The notes under the pieces were generated by a model. The model searched no databases, was not told where the DNA came from, and was given only the letters and a program-made list of their open reading frames with translations. This document shows positions 9,185 to 18,263 of a DNA stretch of 64,000 bases, in pieces (positions within the stretch are counted from its first letter, which is position 1; each line of letters starts with the position of its first letter). The DNA is from Candidatus Collierbacteria bacterium GW2011_GWA2_42_17 (lineage in GTDB: Bacteria; Patescibacteriota; Microgenomatia; UBA1400; MFAQ01). The translations under genes and the position numbers were made by a program. Location: positions 4,360 through 68,359 of the forward strand of contig LCDA01000004.1 in NCBI GenBank assembly GCA_000998275.1, given 5' to 3'.

Positions 9185-10951
9185 TTACAAAGATTTTTCC
9201 TCGATTTCCTTTATTACCCTATCTGTAAAACTATCAACTGTCATCGTTCCCAGATCCTTCTGACCTCGTTGACGAACGGAAACTTCTTTTGCTTCAGCTT
9301 CTTTTTCGCCGATGATCAGCATATATGGCACCTTCGCAGACTCTGCGTTGCGGATTTTCTTTCCGAGCGAGTCCGCGTCTCGGTTTAACTCCACTCGTAC
9401 TCCTTTCTTCTGTAGATTCTTCAAAACGCTTTCGGCGTACTCCATGGTTTTTTCGGAAATAGGTAATATGCTCACCTGTACCGGAGATAACCATAATGGG
9501 AATGCTCCCCCAAAATGTTCCAAAAGGATCATCATCATTCGCTCGGCCGAGCCGATTATGGCTCGGTGAAGCATTATTGGATGTTTCTGTGTTCCATCTT
9601 GATCCGTATAAACCAGATTAAATCTCTCCGGCATCACGTAATCAATTTGCACTGTCGATAGTTGCCACTCACGCCCGAGAGCATCGGTGGCAATCAAATC
9701 CATCTTTGGAGCATAAAAGGCTGCTTCCCCTGGTCCTTGAAAATACTCTATGCCATTTCTCTCCATAATCGCTTCTGCCCATTTTTCCACCTTGTCCCAA
9801 ACTTTAGGCTCTCCCAAATATTTTTCCGGATGCTGAGGATCTCTGGTCGATAATCTGTACTTGTACTTGAACCCAAAAGTCGCCATGATTTTTTTTGTCA
9901 TCTGCAATGCCATATCAATCTCCGCATCTACTTGATCTTCTCTACAGAAAATGTGGCAGTCGTCCTGAGAAAAACCTCTTGTTCGAGCCAGTCCGGAAAG
10001 TTCTCCCGGTTTTTCATCACGATAAAGCATGGCGAAGTCCGTTAAACGAATAGGTAAATCGCGATAACTTCTGGCTTGCGCCGCAAAAATCTGCGTATGT
10101 TGCGGACAGTTCATCGGTTTGAGAAACATCTCCTCTTCCGAAAAGTTAGAAACCACCCGGAACATCGAGTCTTTGTACTTGTCGTAATGTCCCGATGTCT
10201 TAAACAGCTCGGCTTTAGCGATCTGTGGTGTCCACACTTGGGTATACCCCTCTTTATACTGCATCTCTTCCACATAATCGTTTAACATTCTTCTTATAAA
10301 TGACCCCTTAGGTGAGTAAAGTGGCAATCCACTTCCCACCAGGTCAGAGAAAGAAAATAAATCCAGTTCTTTCCCAAGTTTCCGATGGTCGCGTTTTTTG
10401 GCCTCCTCCAAAAGTGTCACGTATTTATCAAGTTCCTCTTGTGTCTCAAAAGCTGTACCGTAAATTCTCGTCAGCATTTTATTCTTTTCATCGCCATGCC
10501 AATAAGCGCCGGCAATCGATAAAAGTTTAAATGCTTTCACTTCAATAGTTCTCGCCACATGAGGTCCGGCACAAACATCCACAAATGAGCCACCCTTTCC
10601 AGGATCTCCAGTCCAGTAAACGGAGATCTCCTCTTTTTCGCTCTCTGCTTTATCAATCCATTCTTGTTTATAAGGATTGTCCTCAAACATCTCTCGAGCT
10701 TTCTTTGCCGTCACAATCATTTTTTCAAAAGGCAAGTTACTTTGCACTATCTTTCTCATCTCTTTTTCTATCTTGGGGAAGTCTGTTTCGGCAATCTTAA
10801 TACCATTGGTTGTGTCAAAGTCAAAATAAAACCCGGTTTCAATCGCCGGACCCATGGCCTTAATAATCTGGCCAGGCCAGAGCCTCTCCATTGCTTGAGT
10901 TAGTATATGTTCGGCACTGTGTCTTAGTGCATGCAATTTTTGATCTTCCAT
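9185..10951 (-). CDS. thrS: Threonyl-tRNA synthetase lacking the N-terminal TGS domain
   Basis: RHSAEH, CAGPH, GAYWHGD, RDHRKLG, KPMNCP, GEAAFYAPK, HRAIIGS. Confidence 0.97.
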   Translation of the reverse strand: MEDQKLHALRHSAEHILTQAMERLWPGQIIKAMGPAIETGFYFDFDTTNGIKIAETDFPKIEKEMRKIVQSNLPFEKMIVTAKKAREMFEDNPYKQEWIDKAESEKEEISVYWTGDPGKGGSFVDVCAGPHVARTIEVKAFKLLSIAGAYWHGDEKNKMLTRIYGTAFETQEELDKYVTLLEEAKKRDHRKLGKELDLFSFSDLVGSGLPLYSPKGSFIRRMLNDYVEEMQYKEGYTQVWTPQIAKAELFKTSGHYDKYKDSMFRVVSNFSEEEMFLKPMNCPQHTQIFAAQARSYRDLPIRLTDFAMLYRDEKPGELSGLARTRGFSQDDCHIFCREDQVDAEIDMALQMTKKIMATFGFKYKYRLSTRDPQHPEKYLGEPKVWDKVEKWAEAIMERNGIEYFQGPGEAAFYAPKMDLIATDALGREWQLSTVQIDYVMPERFNLVYTDQDGTQKHPIMLHRAIIGSAERMMMILLEHFGGAFPLWLSPVQVSILPISEKTMEYAESVLKNLQKKGVRVELNRDADSLGKKIRNAESAKVPYMLIIGEKEAEAKEVSVRQRGQKDLGTMTVDSFTDRVIKEIEEKSL

Positions 10952-10973
10952 TTTTTATAAATAATTTGTTAAC

Positions 10974-11100
10974 AAAAAAACTACCCTTCTTGCAAGAACC
11001 CTCTCGGGTGGTTCCATCTTGCTTGCTAGGTAGCCTCTTAATTCTAAGCGTTAGTGCTTACTCCTTGCCTCTCCCCGGTTGGTAATCGGATCACTAAAGC
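10974..11100 (-). ncRNA. T-box riboswitch (Thr, ACC specifier) with ultrashort Stem I
   Basis: Minus strand: K-turn Stem I GCUUU-AGU-GAUCCG-AUU[ACC]AAC-CGGGGA-GAGGC; Stem II-like AGUA-AGC..GCU-UAGAA; antiterminator GCAAGA-[UGGAACC]-ACCC-GAGA-GGGU-UCUUGC; U7 tract. It lies directly upstream of thrS. Confidence 0.85.
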
Positions 11101-11115
11101 AATTCAACTACACTT

Positions 11116-11124
11116 AGTATATCA
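11116..11124 (-). promoter_or_regulatory. Extended -10 promoter for the T-box/thrS transcript
   Basis: TGaTATACT, 15 nt upstream of Stem I. Confidence 0.6.
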
Positions 11125-11131
11125 CGCCCCC

Positions 11132-11166
11132 TTGACAAACTGGCACTAATTATATTAGACTGCTAA
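11132..11166 (+). promoter_or_regulatory. CIRCE element (HrcA operator) overlapping the hsp20 promoter
   Basis: CTGGCACTA-N9-GACTGCTAA at 11140-11166 versus consensus TTAGCACTC-N9-GAGTGCTAA; TTGACA at 11132-11137. Confidence 0.75.
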
Positions 11167-11188
11167 TAGTTATTAATTAAGCACGAAT

Positions 11189-11596
11189 ATGTTAGATATC
11201 GTTCCAAAATCTTTCTGGTCATTTCCGACCAATTCGTTATTAACTGATGATGACTTCTTCACTTCTTCGGCCACTGGCTCCGATCTTTCCGTCTCTGAAG
11301 ATGATCATAATGTCTTCATTGAAGCCAATATGCCTGGACTTGAAAGTGATGATATCGAGGTTACCTATCACAAGGGTCAACTTTGGTTAAGAGGAAGTAA
11401 AAAAGAAGAAGAAAAAGATAAAAAGAAAAAGTACTATCGTTACGCCTCCTCATCCTTCAGTTATCGTCTCTCGGTTCCGGGTAACATCGACGAGAAAAGT
11501 GAACCGGATGCCGAATACAAAAATGGCGTCATGAAAGTAACTTTCAAAAAGTTATCAGAGGAACAGCCCAAAAAGATCACGGTCAAGAAATCCTAA
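11189..11596 (+). CDS. Small heat-shock protein (Hsp20/alpha-crystallin)
   Basis: VSEDDHNVFIEANMPG, FSYRLSVPG, AEYKNGVMKVT, and a C-terminal ITV motif. Confidence 0.92.
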   Translation: MLDIVPKSFWSFPTNSLLTDDDFFTSSATGSDLSVSEDDHNVFIEANMPGLESDDIEVTYHKGQLWLRGSKKEEEKDKKKKYYRYASSSFSYRLSVPGNIDEKSEPDAEYKNGVMKVTFKKLSEEQPKKITVKKS

Positions 11597-11601
11597 TTTC
11601 T

Positions 11602-13080
11602 TTACTGTTCTTTCTTTACTCTCAAGGGTGGAAAAAGTGTCCCTTCTCTACCGGAGACGTCTTCCATAAACCAAAAGACTCGCTCGGACATCCCAAATCC
11701 AGATGTTGGCGGCATACCGTACTCCAGCATCTCCACAAAGTCTGTATCCATCATCTGGGCTTCTTCGTCTCCCTTTTCTCGCGCTTTTTGTTGATCTTCA
11801 AATCGAGATTTTTGATCCATTGGGTCATTCAGCTCCGAATAGCCATTCCCGAGTTCCGACCCGGCAATAATGATATGGAATCTCTCGGTTATCTCCGGAT
11901 CTTCGGCTTTACTCTTCGCCAAAGGTGACATAAATTTCGGTTCATTGACAAGGAAAGCCGGTCCGGCAATTGTTTTGCGGACAATCTTCCAACAGTTATC
12001 GATGAGTCTCGCTCTATTTATTTCTCCAGTGAGTTTCACACCGACCTTTCTAATTGCTTCGATCATTTCCGCATCTGTCGAGTTGACAATATCAATTCCG
12101 ATTTTTTCCTTAATTACTTTTAGATAATCAATCTCTTTCCATTCCTCGGCCAAGTCATACTCCATACCACGGCTCACAAACTTTGTTTTTCCGTAGACTT
12201 CTTTGGCCAAGTGTCGGTAAAGTTCCCGAGTTAGTTGCATGTTATCTCGGTAATCGGCATATGCCCAGTACCACTCCAAAGAGTAATACTCCGGTAGATG
12301 TTCATCATCCATCCCTTCATTACGGAAGTTCGGTGCCAATGTGTAAATCTTTTCAAATCCGGCTCCAATTAATCTCTTTTGATAAAGCTCTGTCGAGATG
12401 CGTAAGTAAAAATCCTGGTCGATAGCATTCATGTGGGTCACAAACGGTCGAGCATCGGCACCGCCAGTCACCGTTTCCAGTACTGGCGTTTCTACTTCCA
12501 TAAATCCCTTTGAGGCCATAAACTTTCTGCACTCACTCCAGAACTTTGCTTTTCTCTCGAACCGTAGAATCTTTTCAGGGCTCATCAAAAGATCCAAATA
12601 TCTCTTACGGAAGGCTTCATCCGGATCCACAATACCTGCCCATTTTTCAGGTAAGGGGAGTCTCGCCTTAGTCAATATTTTAATTTCGGAAACCTGAATC
12701 GACACTTCTCCGGTTCTGGTTTTCACCACCTCACCGGTGGTTTGGATAATATCGCCAATATCCAACAAGTCCAGTTCTTCAAATCCTAGTGTCTGTTTGG
12801 CTTTATCAGCCCTGGCCATTGAGTCGCTTCGGATAAACAGCTGAATCTTGCCTGACTGATCTTGAATCTGGCCAAAAATTAATTTACCATGTTCTCTCCA
12901 AGCCATTATTCTGCCCGCAAGTGTCAGTATCTTCCCCTCATACTTTTCAAAATTATCCACCACTTCTTTATTGGATTTTTCTTTGACTGAGCGGGCAGGA
13001 TATAAATCAATCCCCATTTTTTTCAGGGTCTCTACCTTCTTTTCTCGTTCCTTTAAAATTTCGTCCAATCTGCTTGCCAT
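11602..13080 (-). CDS. lysS: Lysyl-tRNA synthetase, class II
   Basis: RKRYLDL, GGADARPF, YLRISTELYQKRL, FRNEGMD, LEYGMPPTSGFG. Start moved to MASRL at 13080, which has TATAAT 6 nt upstream. Confidence 0.96.
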   Translation of the reverse strand: MASRLDEILKEREKKVETLKKMGIDLYPARSVKEKSNKEVVDNFEKYEGKILTLAGRIMAWREHGKLIFGQIQDQSGKIQLFIRSDSMARADKAKQTLGFEELDLLDIGDIIQTTGEVVKTRTGEVSIQVSEIKILTKARLPLPEKWAGIVDPDEAFRKRYLDLLMSPEKILRFERKAKFWSECRKFMASKGFMEVETPVLETVTGGADARPFVTHMNAIDQDFYLRISTELYQKRLIGAGFEKIYTLAPNFRNEGMDDEHLPEYYSLEWYWAYADYRDNMQLTRELYRHLAKEVYGKTKFVSRGMEYDLAEEWKEIDYLKVIKEKIGIDIVNSTDAEMIEAIRKVGVKLTGEINRARLIDNCWKIVRKTIAGPAFLVNEPKFMSPLAKSKAEDPEITERFHIIIAGSELGNGYSELNDPMDQKSRFEDQQKAREKGDEEAQMMDTDFVEMLEYGMPPTSGFGMSERVFWFMEDVSGREGTLFPPLRVKKEQ

Positions 13081-13104
13081 AGTCCAATTATACAAGGCTC
13101 GACC

Positions 13105-14787
13105 TTACATCTTCTCTACCGTCTCAACTCCAATTATTTCCAAGCCTTTTTTAATTACTTCACCGGCCAACAACGTCAAAGCCAAACGCAAACTTTGATT
13201 TTCCACTCCGATTACTTTGTTTCTCTCATAAAATCCATTAAACTTCTGCGCCGTCTCAAACAAATAAGCACAAAGTTGCTGTGGTGCAAAGTTCTTCGCC
13301 GCCGACTCCACTACTTCACCCTCTGCAAATCGCAAAAGCAACCATCTGGCCAAACTTCTCTCATCTTCATTGGTAAATTCCTTATTGTCCTTCAACACTT
13401 TTTCCAAACTCTCCCCCGATTTATTCAACACCCCTCTCGTTCTCACATAGACATACTGCAGATACGGCGCACTATTACCTTCCATCGACAAAGCTTCATC
13501 CCACTTAAAGATATAGTCCATTCCTGGTGATCTTTTTAGTTCGTTATATTTTACTGCTCCCAAAGAAATTACTTCTCCACCAACAGCTTTTTCTTCTGCC
13601 CTTTCCAGTAGATCTTCCAGTTTAATAGTATTCCCCTTTCTAGTACTCATCTTTCCTTCCGGAAGACTCAAAAGACCATGAGCTACATGGACAAACTGCA
13701 CACTCTTGGTTTCCTCAGGCCATAGTTTTACCGCCGCCACAAACACTTGTTTCAAATGTAGTCTTTGTTCCCCTCCCACTTCATAAACAAATACCTCAGA
13801 CTTCAATGCAGGATCACTCAATCTTCTTTTTATTGTCGCCAAGTCGCGGGTGAAATAAGTCGTTGATCCATCACTCTTCACTAACATCGCGGGGGGCATT
13901 TGTTCTTTCCCTCGCTCATCCAAAAACTCCACGATCAAGGCCCCTTCTTCACCAACAGAAGCGATCTTTTTAGTCTTTGCTTCTTCAATTATTTCGGGCA
14001 TCAATTTTTCATACTCCGACTCGCCCAAAACATGGTCAAAAATCACTCCTAATTTTTTATATATCTCATCAAACTCCTTCATCGAAATCTCCACCGATTT
14101 TTGCCAAATGTTTCTGGCCGACTCATCTCCTTTTTCCAGTCGAAGAAATGCTTCTTTTGCCCTATCCCTTAACTCCGGATTTTCTTCCATCCGTTTATTA
14201 AAATCTACATATATCTCTTCTAGTTTGTTGATATCCACACTATTCCAATCAAACTTTTCATTTTCCTCTATTGCTGCAATTATCATCCCAAACTGTGTTC
14301 CCCAGTCACCCAAATGATTGTCATTTGTCACCTCTGCTCCGCTATGTTTATACAAGTTAAAAATTGCTTGGCCAATAATTGTTGATCTTAAGTGTCCCAC
14401 CGAAAACCTCTTTGCAATATTGGGCGATGAGTACTCCACCAAGACTTTCTTTCCTTTCATAAAGTCACTGTCTCCCAGTTTTTCTTTCATCCCTAAGGCC
14501 TCATCCATTTTTTTGATAAGCACTTCATCTTTAATCCAAAAATTTATAAATCCTGGTCCGGCCGGTTCAATCTTGGAAACCAACTTCCTTAACTTTTTGT
14601 TTCCTTCCAACTTCCCCACCAAATCAACTGCTAACTCTCTGGGGTTCCTTCCCAATTCTTTGGCTAATACCATTGCTACATTAGTTGAAAAATCACCCAT
14701 CTTTTCCTCGGCCGGATGTTCCACGGCAAACTCCTTGCCCAAAGCAAACTCAGCAACTGCTTCTCTGATTATTTCAATTATTTTCAC
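13105..14787 (-). CDS. argS: Arginyl-tRNA synthetase
   Basis: GDFSTN, GPGFINF, VEYSSPNIAK, VGHLRSTIIG, HLGDWGTQFG, KMSTRKG, C-terminal EKM. Confidence 0.97.
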   Translation of the reverse strand: MKIIEIIREAVAEFALGKEFAVEHPAEEKMGDFSTNVAMVLAKELGRNPRELAVDLVGKLEGNKKLRKLVSKIEPAGPGFINFWIKDEVLIKKMDEALGMKEKLGDSDFMKGKKVLVEYSSPNIAKRFSVGHLRSTIIGQAIFNLYKHSGAEVTNDNHLGDWGTQFGMIIAAIEENEKFDWNSVDINKLEEIYVDFNKRMEENPELRDRAKEAFLRLEKGDESARNIWQKSVEISMKEFDEIYKKLGVIFDHVLGESEYEKLMPEIIEEAKTKKIASVGEEGALIVEFLDERGKEQMPPAMLVKSDGSTTYFTRDLATIKRRLSDPALKSEVFVYEVGGEQRLHLKQVFVAAVKLWPEETKSVQFVHVAHGLLSLPEGKMSTRKGNTIKLEDLLERAEEKAVGGEVISLGAVKYNELKRSPGMDYIFKWDEALSMEGNSAPYLQYVYVRTRGVLNKSGESLEKVLKDNKEFTNEDERSLARWLLLRFAEGEVVESAAKNFAPQQLCAYLFETAQKFNGFYERNKVIGVENQSLRLALTLLAGEVIKKGLEIIGVETVEKM

Positions 14788-14794
14788 TTAAGCC

Positions 14795-15775
14795 TTACTT
14801 GTGATTTTCTAAATATTTCTCCGTATCAAGTGCTGCCTGACATCCCATCCCTGCTGCCGTAATTGCCTGTCGATAACGGTAATCTACTACGTCTCCACAA
14901 CCAAAGACACCTTCAATTGATGTCATCGTTGGATAGCCGTCAAGCCACATATCTTTTTCACTCACTCTCCACTTTGTATCGGACATTAATGCCGTCATTG
15001 TTGTTCGCAAATATCCACTTTCATTTAGTTCCAATTTTCCCTCAAACAATTTTGTTGTTGGAACATGACCAATAGCTACAAACAAACCATCCAAATTATG
15101 TTCGGTTATCTTCCCGGTCTTCACATCTTTTACTTTAATTGAAGAAAGTTTTGGCTCTCCCGCTACTTCTATTACCTCGCTATTCCACAGCACTTTTACT
15201 TTTGGATTAGAGAGAACTCTTTCCTGCATTATTTTGCTGGCCCTGAACTCTCCTCTTCGGTGAACCACCGTAACTTCATCGGCAAACTTAACCAGGGCTA
15301 AGGTATCTTCCATCGCGGAATCACCTCCACCCACTACAAATGTTTTTTTATTTTTAAAGAAAGCGGCATCACAAACAGCGCAGGTACTCACCCCCCTGCC
15401 TATATATTTTTCCTCACCGATTCCAATCATTTTTGAAGATGCTCCTGTCGATACCACCACCGCTCTTGCCTCGTAGACGGTCTCACCTACCCAAACTTTT
15501 TTAATTTCTCCCGTCAAATCCACTTTGGTTGCTTCGGAATACATTACTTCCGCCCCAAACCTTTTTGCCTGAGTTTCCATCTCTGTCATCAAGTCCGGCC
15601 CCATTATTCCCTTGGAAAATCCTGGAAAGTTTTCAACCTCGGATGTAAAAATCAGTTGACCTCCAGGCTGTGCTCCAGCCAAAACCAAAACTGATAAGGT
15701 GTCTCTACTCAAATAAATCGCACTGGTATAACCACTTGGTCCTCCACCGATAACAATTACATCATATTTCGTCAT
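14795..15775 (-). CDS. trxB: Thioredoxin reductase
   Basis: GGGPSG, VENFPGF, CAVCD, GGGDSAME, YRQAITAAG. Confidence 0.96.
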   Translation of the reverse strand: MTKYDVIVIGGGPSGYTSAIYLSRDTLSVLVLAGAQPGGQLIFTSEVENFPGFSKGIMGPDLMTEMETQAKRFGAEVMYSEATKVDLTGEIKKVWVGETVYEARAVVVSTGASSKMIGIGEEKYIGRGVSTCAVCDAAFFKNKKTFVVGGGDSAMEDTLALVKFADEVTVVHRRGEFRASKIMQERVLSNPKVKVLWNSEVIEVAGEPKLSSIKVKDVKTGKITEHNLDGLFVAIGHVPTTKLFEGKLELNESGYLRTTMTALMSDTKWRVSEKDMWLDGYPTMTSIEGVFGCGDVVDYRYRQAITAAGMGCQAALDTEKYLENHK

Positions 15776-15777
15776 GC

Positions 15778-16101
15778 TTATTTTATGGCTTGTTTAACCA
15801 TCGTCTCGTAGATTTCTTTTCCCCCAAAACCCACTTGGCGTGCGATTTCCTTTCCCCCATCAAAGAGAACTACCGTAGGGATACTCATTACCCCATATTT
15901 TCCGGCCACATTAGAGTTGGCATCTACATCTACTTTTCCTACAATCATCTTTCCCTCATAAGTTTTTGCCAATTCCTCAATTACTGGAGCCACCATTCTG
16001 CATGGTCCGCACCAGTCAGCAAAGAAGTCGACTAATACTGGCTTTTCGGCCTTCAAAACCATCTCGTCAAAATTTGCGTCTGTAAAGTGAATTAGTTCCA
16101 T
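15778..16101 (-). CDS. trxA: Thioredoxin
   Basis: WCGPC active site; VMSIPT. Confidence 0.96.
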   Translation of the reverse strand: MELIHFTDANFDEMVLKAEKPVLVDFFADWCGPCRMVAPVIEELAKTYEGKMIVGKVDVDANSNVAGKYGVMSIPTVVLFDGGKEIARQVGFGGKEIYETMVKQAIK

Positions 16102-16129
16102 ATTTTTTATTTATTTTATTTAATAATTT

Positions 16130-16357
16130 TTAAAGAAATCTCTTCAATAATTTAGTATATTCTTCTTTCGAACAACTGGAAACCGCATCGGCCAAAAGAG
16201 CTTTGGCAACACTCTTAAGTGAGCTCATCGAAGCCACCACCTGAGTTACTACCGCCTCACAATCCTTATCATCACTCACCATCCTCTCGATTCCTCCCAC
16301 CTGGCCCTGAATCCTCTTAAGCATCACTCGCAGTTTCTTTTTTTCTTCTATTGACAT
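16130..16357 (-). CDS. CsoR/RcnR-family transcriptional repressor
   Basis: LKRIQGQVGGIERMV..DC..VVTQ..A and a C-terminal Cys. Start moved to MSIEE at 16357. Confidence 0.88.
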   Translation of the reverse strand: MSIEEKKKLRVMLKRIQGQVGGIERMVSDDKDCEAVVTQVVASMSSLKSVAKALLADAVSSCSKEEYTKLLKRFL

Positions 16358-16374
16358 ATACCCCCTATGGTATA
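16357..16374. promoter_or_regulatory. CsoR-type operator
   Basis: TATACC-CCCTAT-GGTATA: TATACC/GGTATA arms around a C-tract, as in CsoR-family operators. It overlaps a predicted TTGACT-17-TACCAT promoter on the minus strand. Confidence 0.7.
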
Positions 16375-16405
16375 GTAAAACGTCGCTCAAGTCAAATCGA
16401 GTTTA

Positions 16406-16978
16406 TTACAAATAAAAAGCAAGCAAAAGATAAATCACACCCACGACTATTACAAATCCAAACTTCTCCTCCGGCTCCAGGGTTCTCTTTATCTGCCAAA
16501 ACCAGAGATCCAGTCTCTCTTTGTCCTTCACAAAATCATAAATCAAATCAAAGACCAAGTGTGTTCCAATCCCCAACATAAATCCCCTCGCAAAAAGATT
16601 CAGTACACTGGTCGCCGTAAAAAAGGCCAACACCACCCACACCACTACAAACATTGCACTTCTCATCACTAGTTCTTTTTGATCATAGCGTTCGGCCAAC
16701 AAAAGTCTCAATCCCTCAACAAAATTACTCTGTCCAAACAACTCTCTTACCCGCAAACTCAGGGTCTCATTTGGCCTTGACAAAACACTGTAAACAAACC
16801 GATCCAAAAACACGAATAGAAATCCAATCATCGCCCCCAAAAGCCACCATAACAAATTGACGTCAAATATAAATGTCTTATTAAAAACACTCCACAAAAC
16901 CAACACCCCGAGCACTCCAAACAAACTCACCTGATGGAGCCACAATTTTCCTTTAAACATCCTAAGATAATCATACAC
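16406..16978 (-). CDS. Hypothetical multi-pass membrane protein
   Basis: About five hydrophobic helices; one HxxxD (HLVFD) motif. Confidence 0.6.
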   Translation of the reverse strand: MYDYLRMFKGKLWLHQVSLFGVLGVLVLWSVFNKTFIFDVNLLWWLLGAMIGFLFVFLDRFVYSVLSRPNETLSLRVRELFGQSNFVEGLRLLLAERYDQKELVMRSAMFVVVWVVLAFFTATSVLNLFARGFMLGIGTHLVFDLIYDFVKDKERLDLWFWQIKRTLEPEEKFGFVIVVGVIYLLLAFYL

Positions 16979-16986
16979 AATTCACC

Positions 16987-18240
16987 CTAGTCCTTCCATT
17001 CGGACATCTCGGTCTGTGGTAACCTCAGTTTTCGGGGTGTCACAAATAACAGTACGATCGCCACAATGACAGTCAACACCCCCATCACTACAAAAGTCAT
17101 TCTCTCTCCCACTCTGCTGGAAATAAAACCGGCAGTTATCGGACCAATGATGTATGCCAAACTTGTCGTCGAACTAGATAAACCAACCATGTGTTTTCTT
17201 TCCGTACCCATTCTCGCCAAGATATCGGAGTAAACAGCATCGACCATCGGCCAAGCAATCGACAATGCCACCCCAGTTAAAAACGACAGCAAAAGCATCG
17301 ACCACAAGCTTTCCTTCATTCCCAATAAAGCTAGGAACACTCCTGCAAAAAGTAAAAATATTTCGGCAATTTTTTTCTTCCCCTTATAAACTCCCCACTT
17401 TGCCAAAATTACTCCCATAAATATTGGTGGTAGCATGTAAGCCGGTAAAAACAATCCACCTAGCAAACCATCTCTGGCCATAATGTCAGACAATACCGCT
17501 CCCGTTGTCCAGTAAGTTGCGTCAATGAGCCCCATTGTTAAGCTGATAAGTAGTACTGGCCAAACATGAACAAATAATACTTTCCAGTAACCTACCTCTT
17601 CTCCAATATCAAACTTCTCCACTGGTTCAATTTCCTGCTCGTGCATCTTTTCCTTCTTACTGGTTAGAACCCAAACAACATAGCCCACACAAACCATAGC
17701 TGCGGCTACCACCACAGTAGTCATATTTCCCCGACTAATAGCCAGCCAACTTCCCACGATTGGACCAATAAAATACGCCAAACTCTTAAAAACACTTAAG
17801 ACTCCCCACACTCCGGACCTAGACTCCGTCGGTACGTTATCGGACACAAACTGTGCCGACCCAAACCAAAGAAGTTCATAATAAACTCCCCACACCGCCA
17901 TTGCCAAAAGAAATAACACCAACCAAGACCAGGTGGTTGTCCAAAGTAATATTCCGGAAAAAATTAAGTTCGCCGCAATGGCCAACAAAATTAACCTCCT
18001 TGCTTTAAATTTTCGCAATAACTGAGGAAAAATTAAGTCAGTCACGAAACCCACCACCGAGGAAAACGAAAACACCAAACCCATAAACAGAGATCCTCCC
18101 AAAGCCACCTGCATAAACGAAGGTACCCAGTCACTCAGGATAGCATCCCCCAAATACACAAAAAATAAAATCACCGACACCGTCAGCACCCTTGCCCACA
18201 TAGAATCACGGAACAAACCAAATCCATATTTCTTTATCAT
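16987..18240 (-). CDS. MFS transporter
   Basis: 417 aa, about 12 TM segments in two halves; RSGVWG..SLAYFIGP and SLAYIIGP repeats. Confidence 0.85.
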   Translation of the reverse strand: MIKKYGFGLFRDSMWARVLTVSVILFFVYLGDAILSDWVPSFMQVALGGSLFMGLVFSFSSVVGFVTDLIFPQLLRKFKARRLILLAIAANLIFSGILLWTTTWSWLVLFLLAMAVWGVYYELLWFGSAQFVSDNVPTESRSGVWGVLSVFKSLAYFIGPIVGSWLAISRGNMTTVVVAAAMVCVGYVVWVLTSKKEKMHEQEIEPVEKFDIGEEVGYWKVLFVHVWPVLLISLTMGLIDATYWTTGAVLSDIMARDGLLGGLFLPAYMLPPIFMGVILAKWGVYKGKKKIAEIFLLFAGVFLALLGMKESLWSMLLLSFLTGVALSIAWPMVDAVYSDILARMGTERKHMVGLSSSTTSLAYIIGPITAGFISSRVGERMTFVVMGVLTVIVAIVLLFVTPRKLRLPQTEMSEWKD

Positions 18241-18263
18241 TCACTTCCATCTTACCAAAGAGA

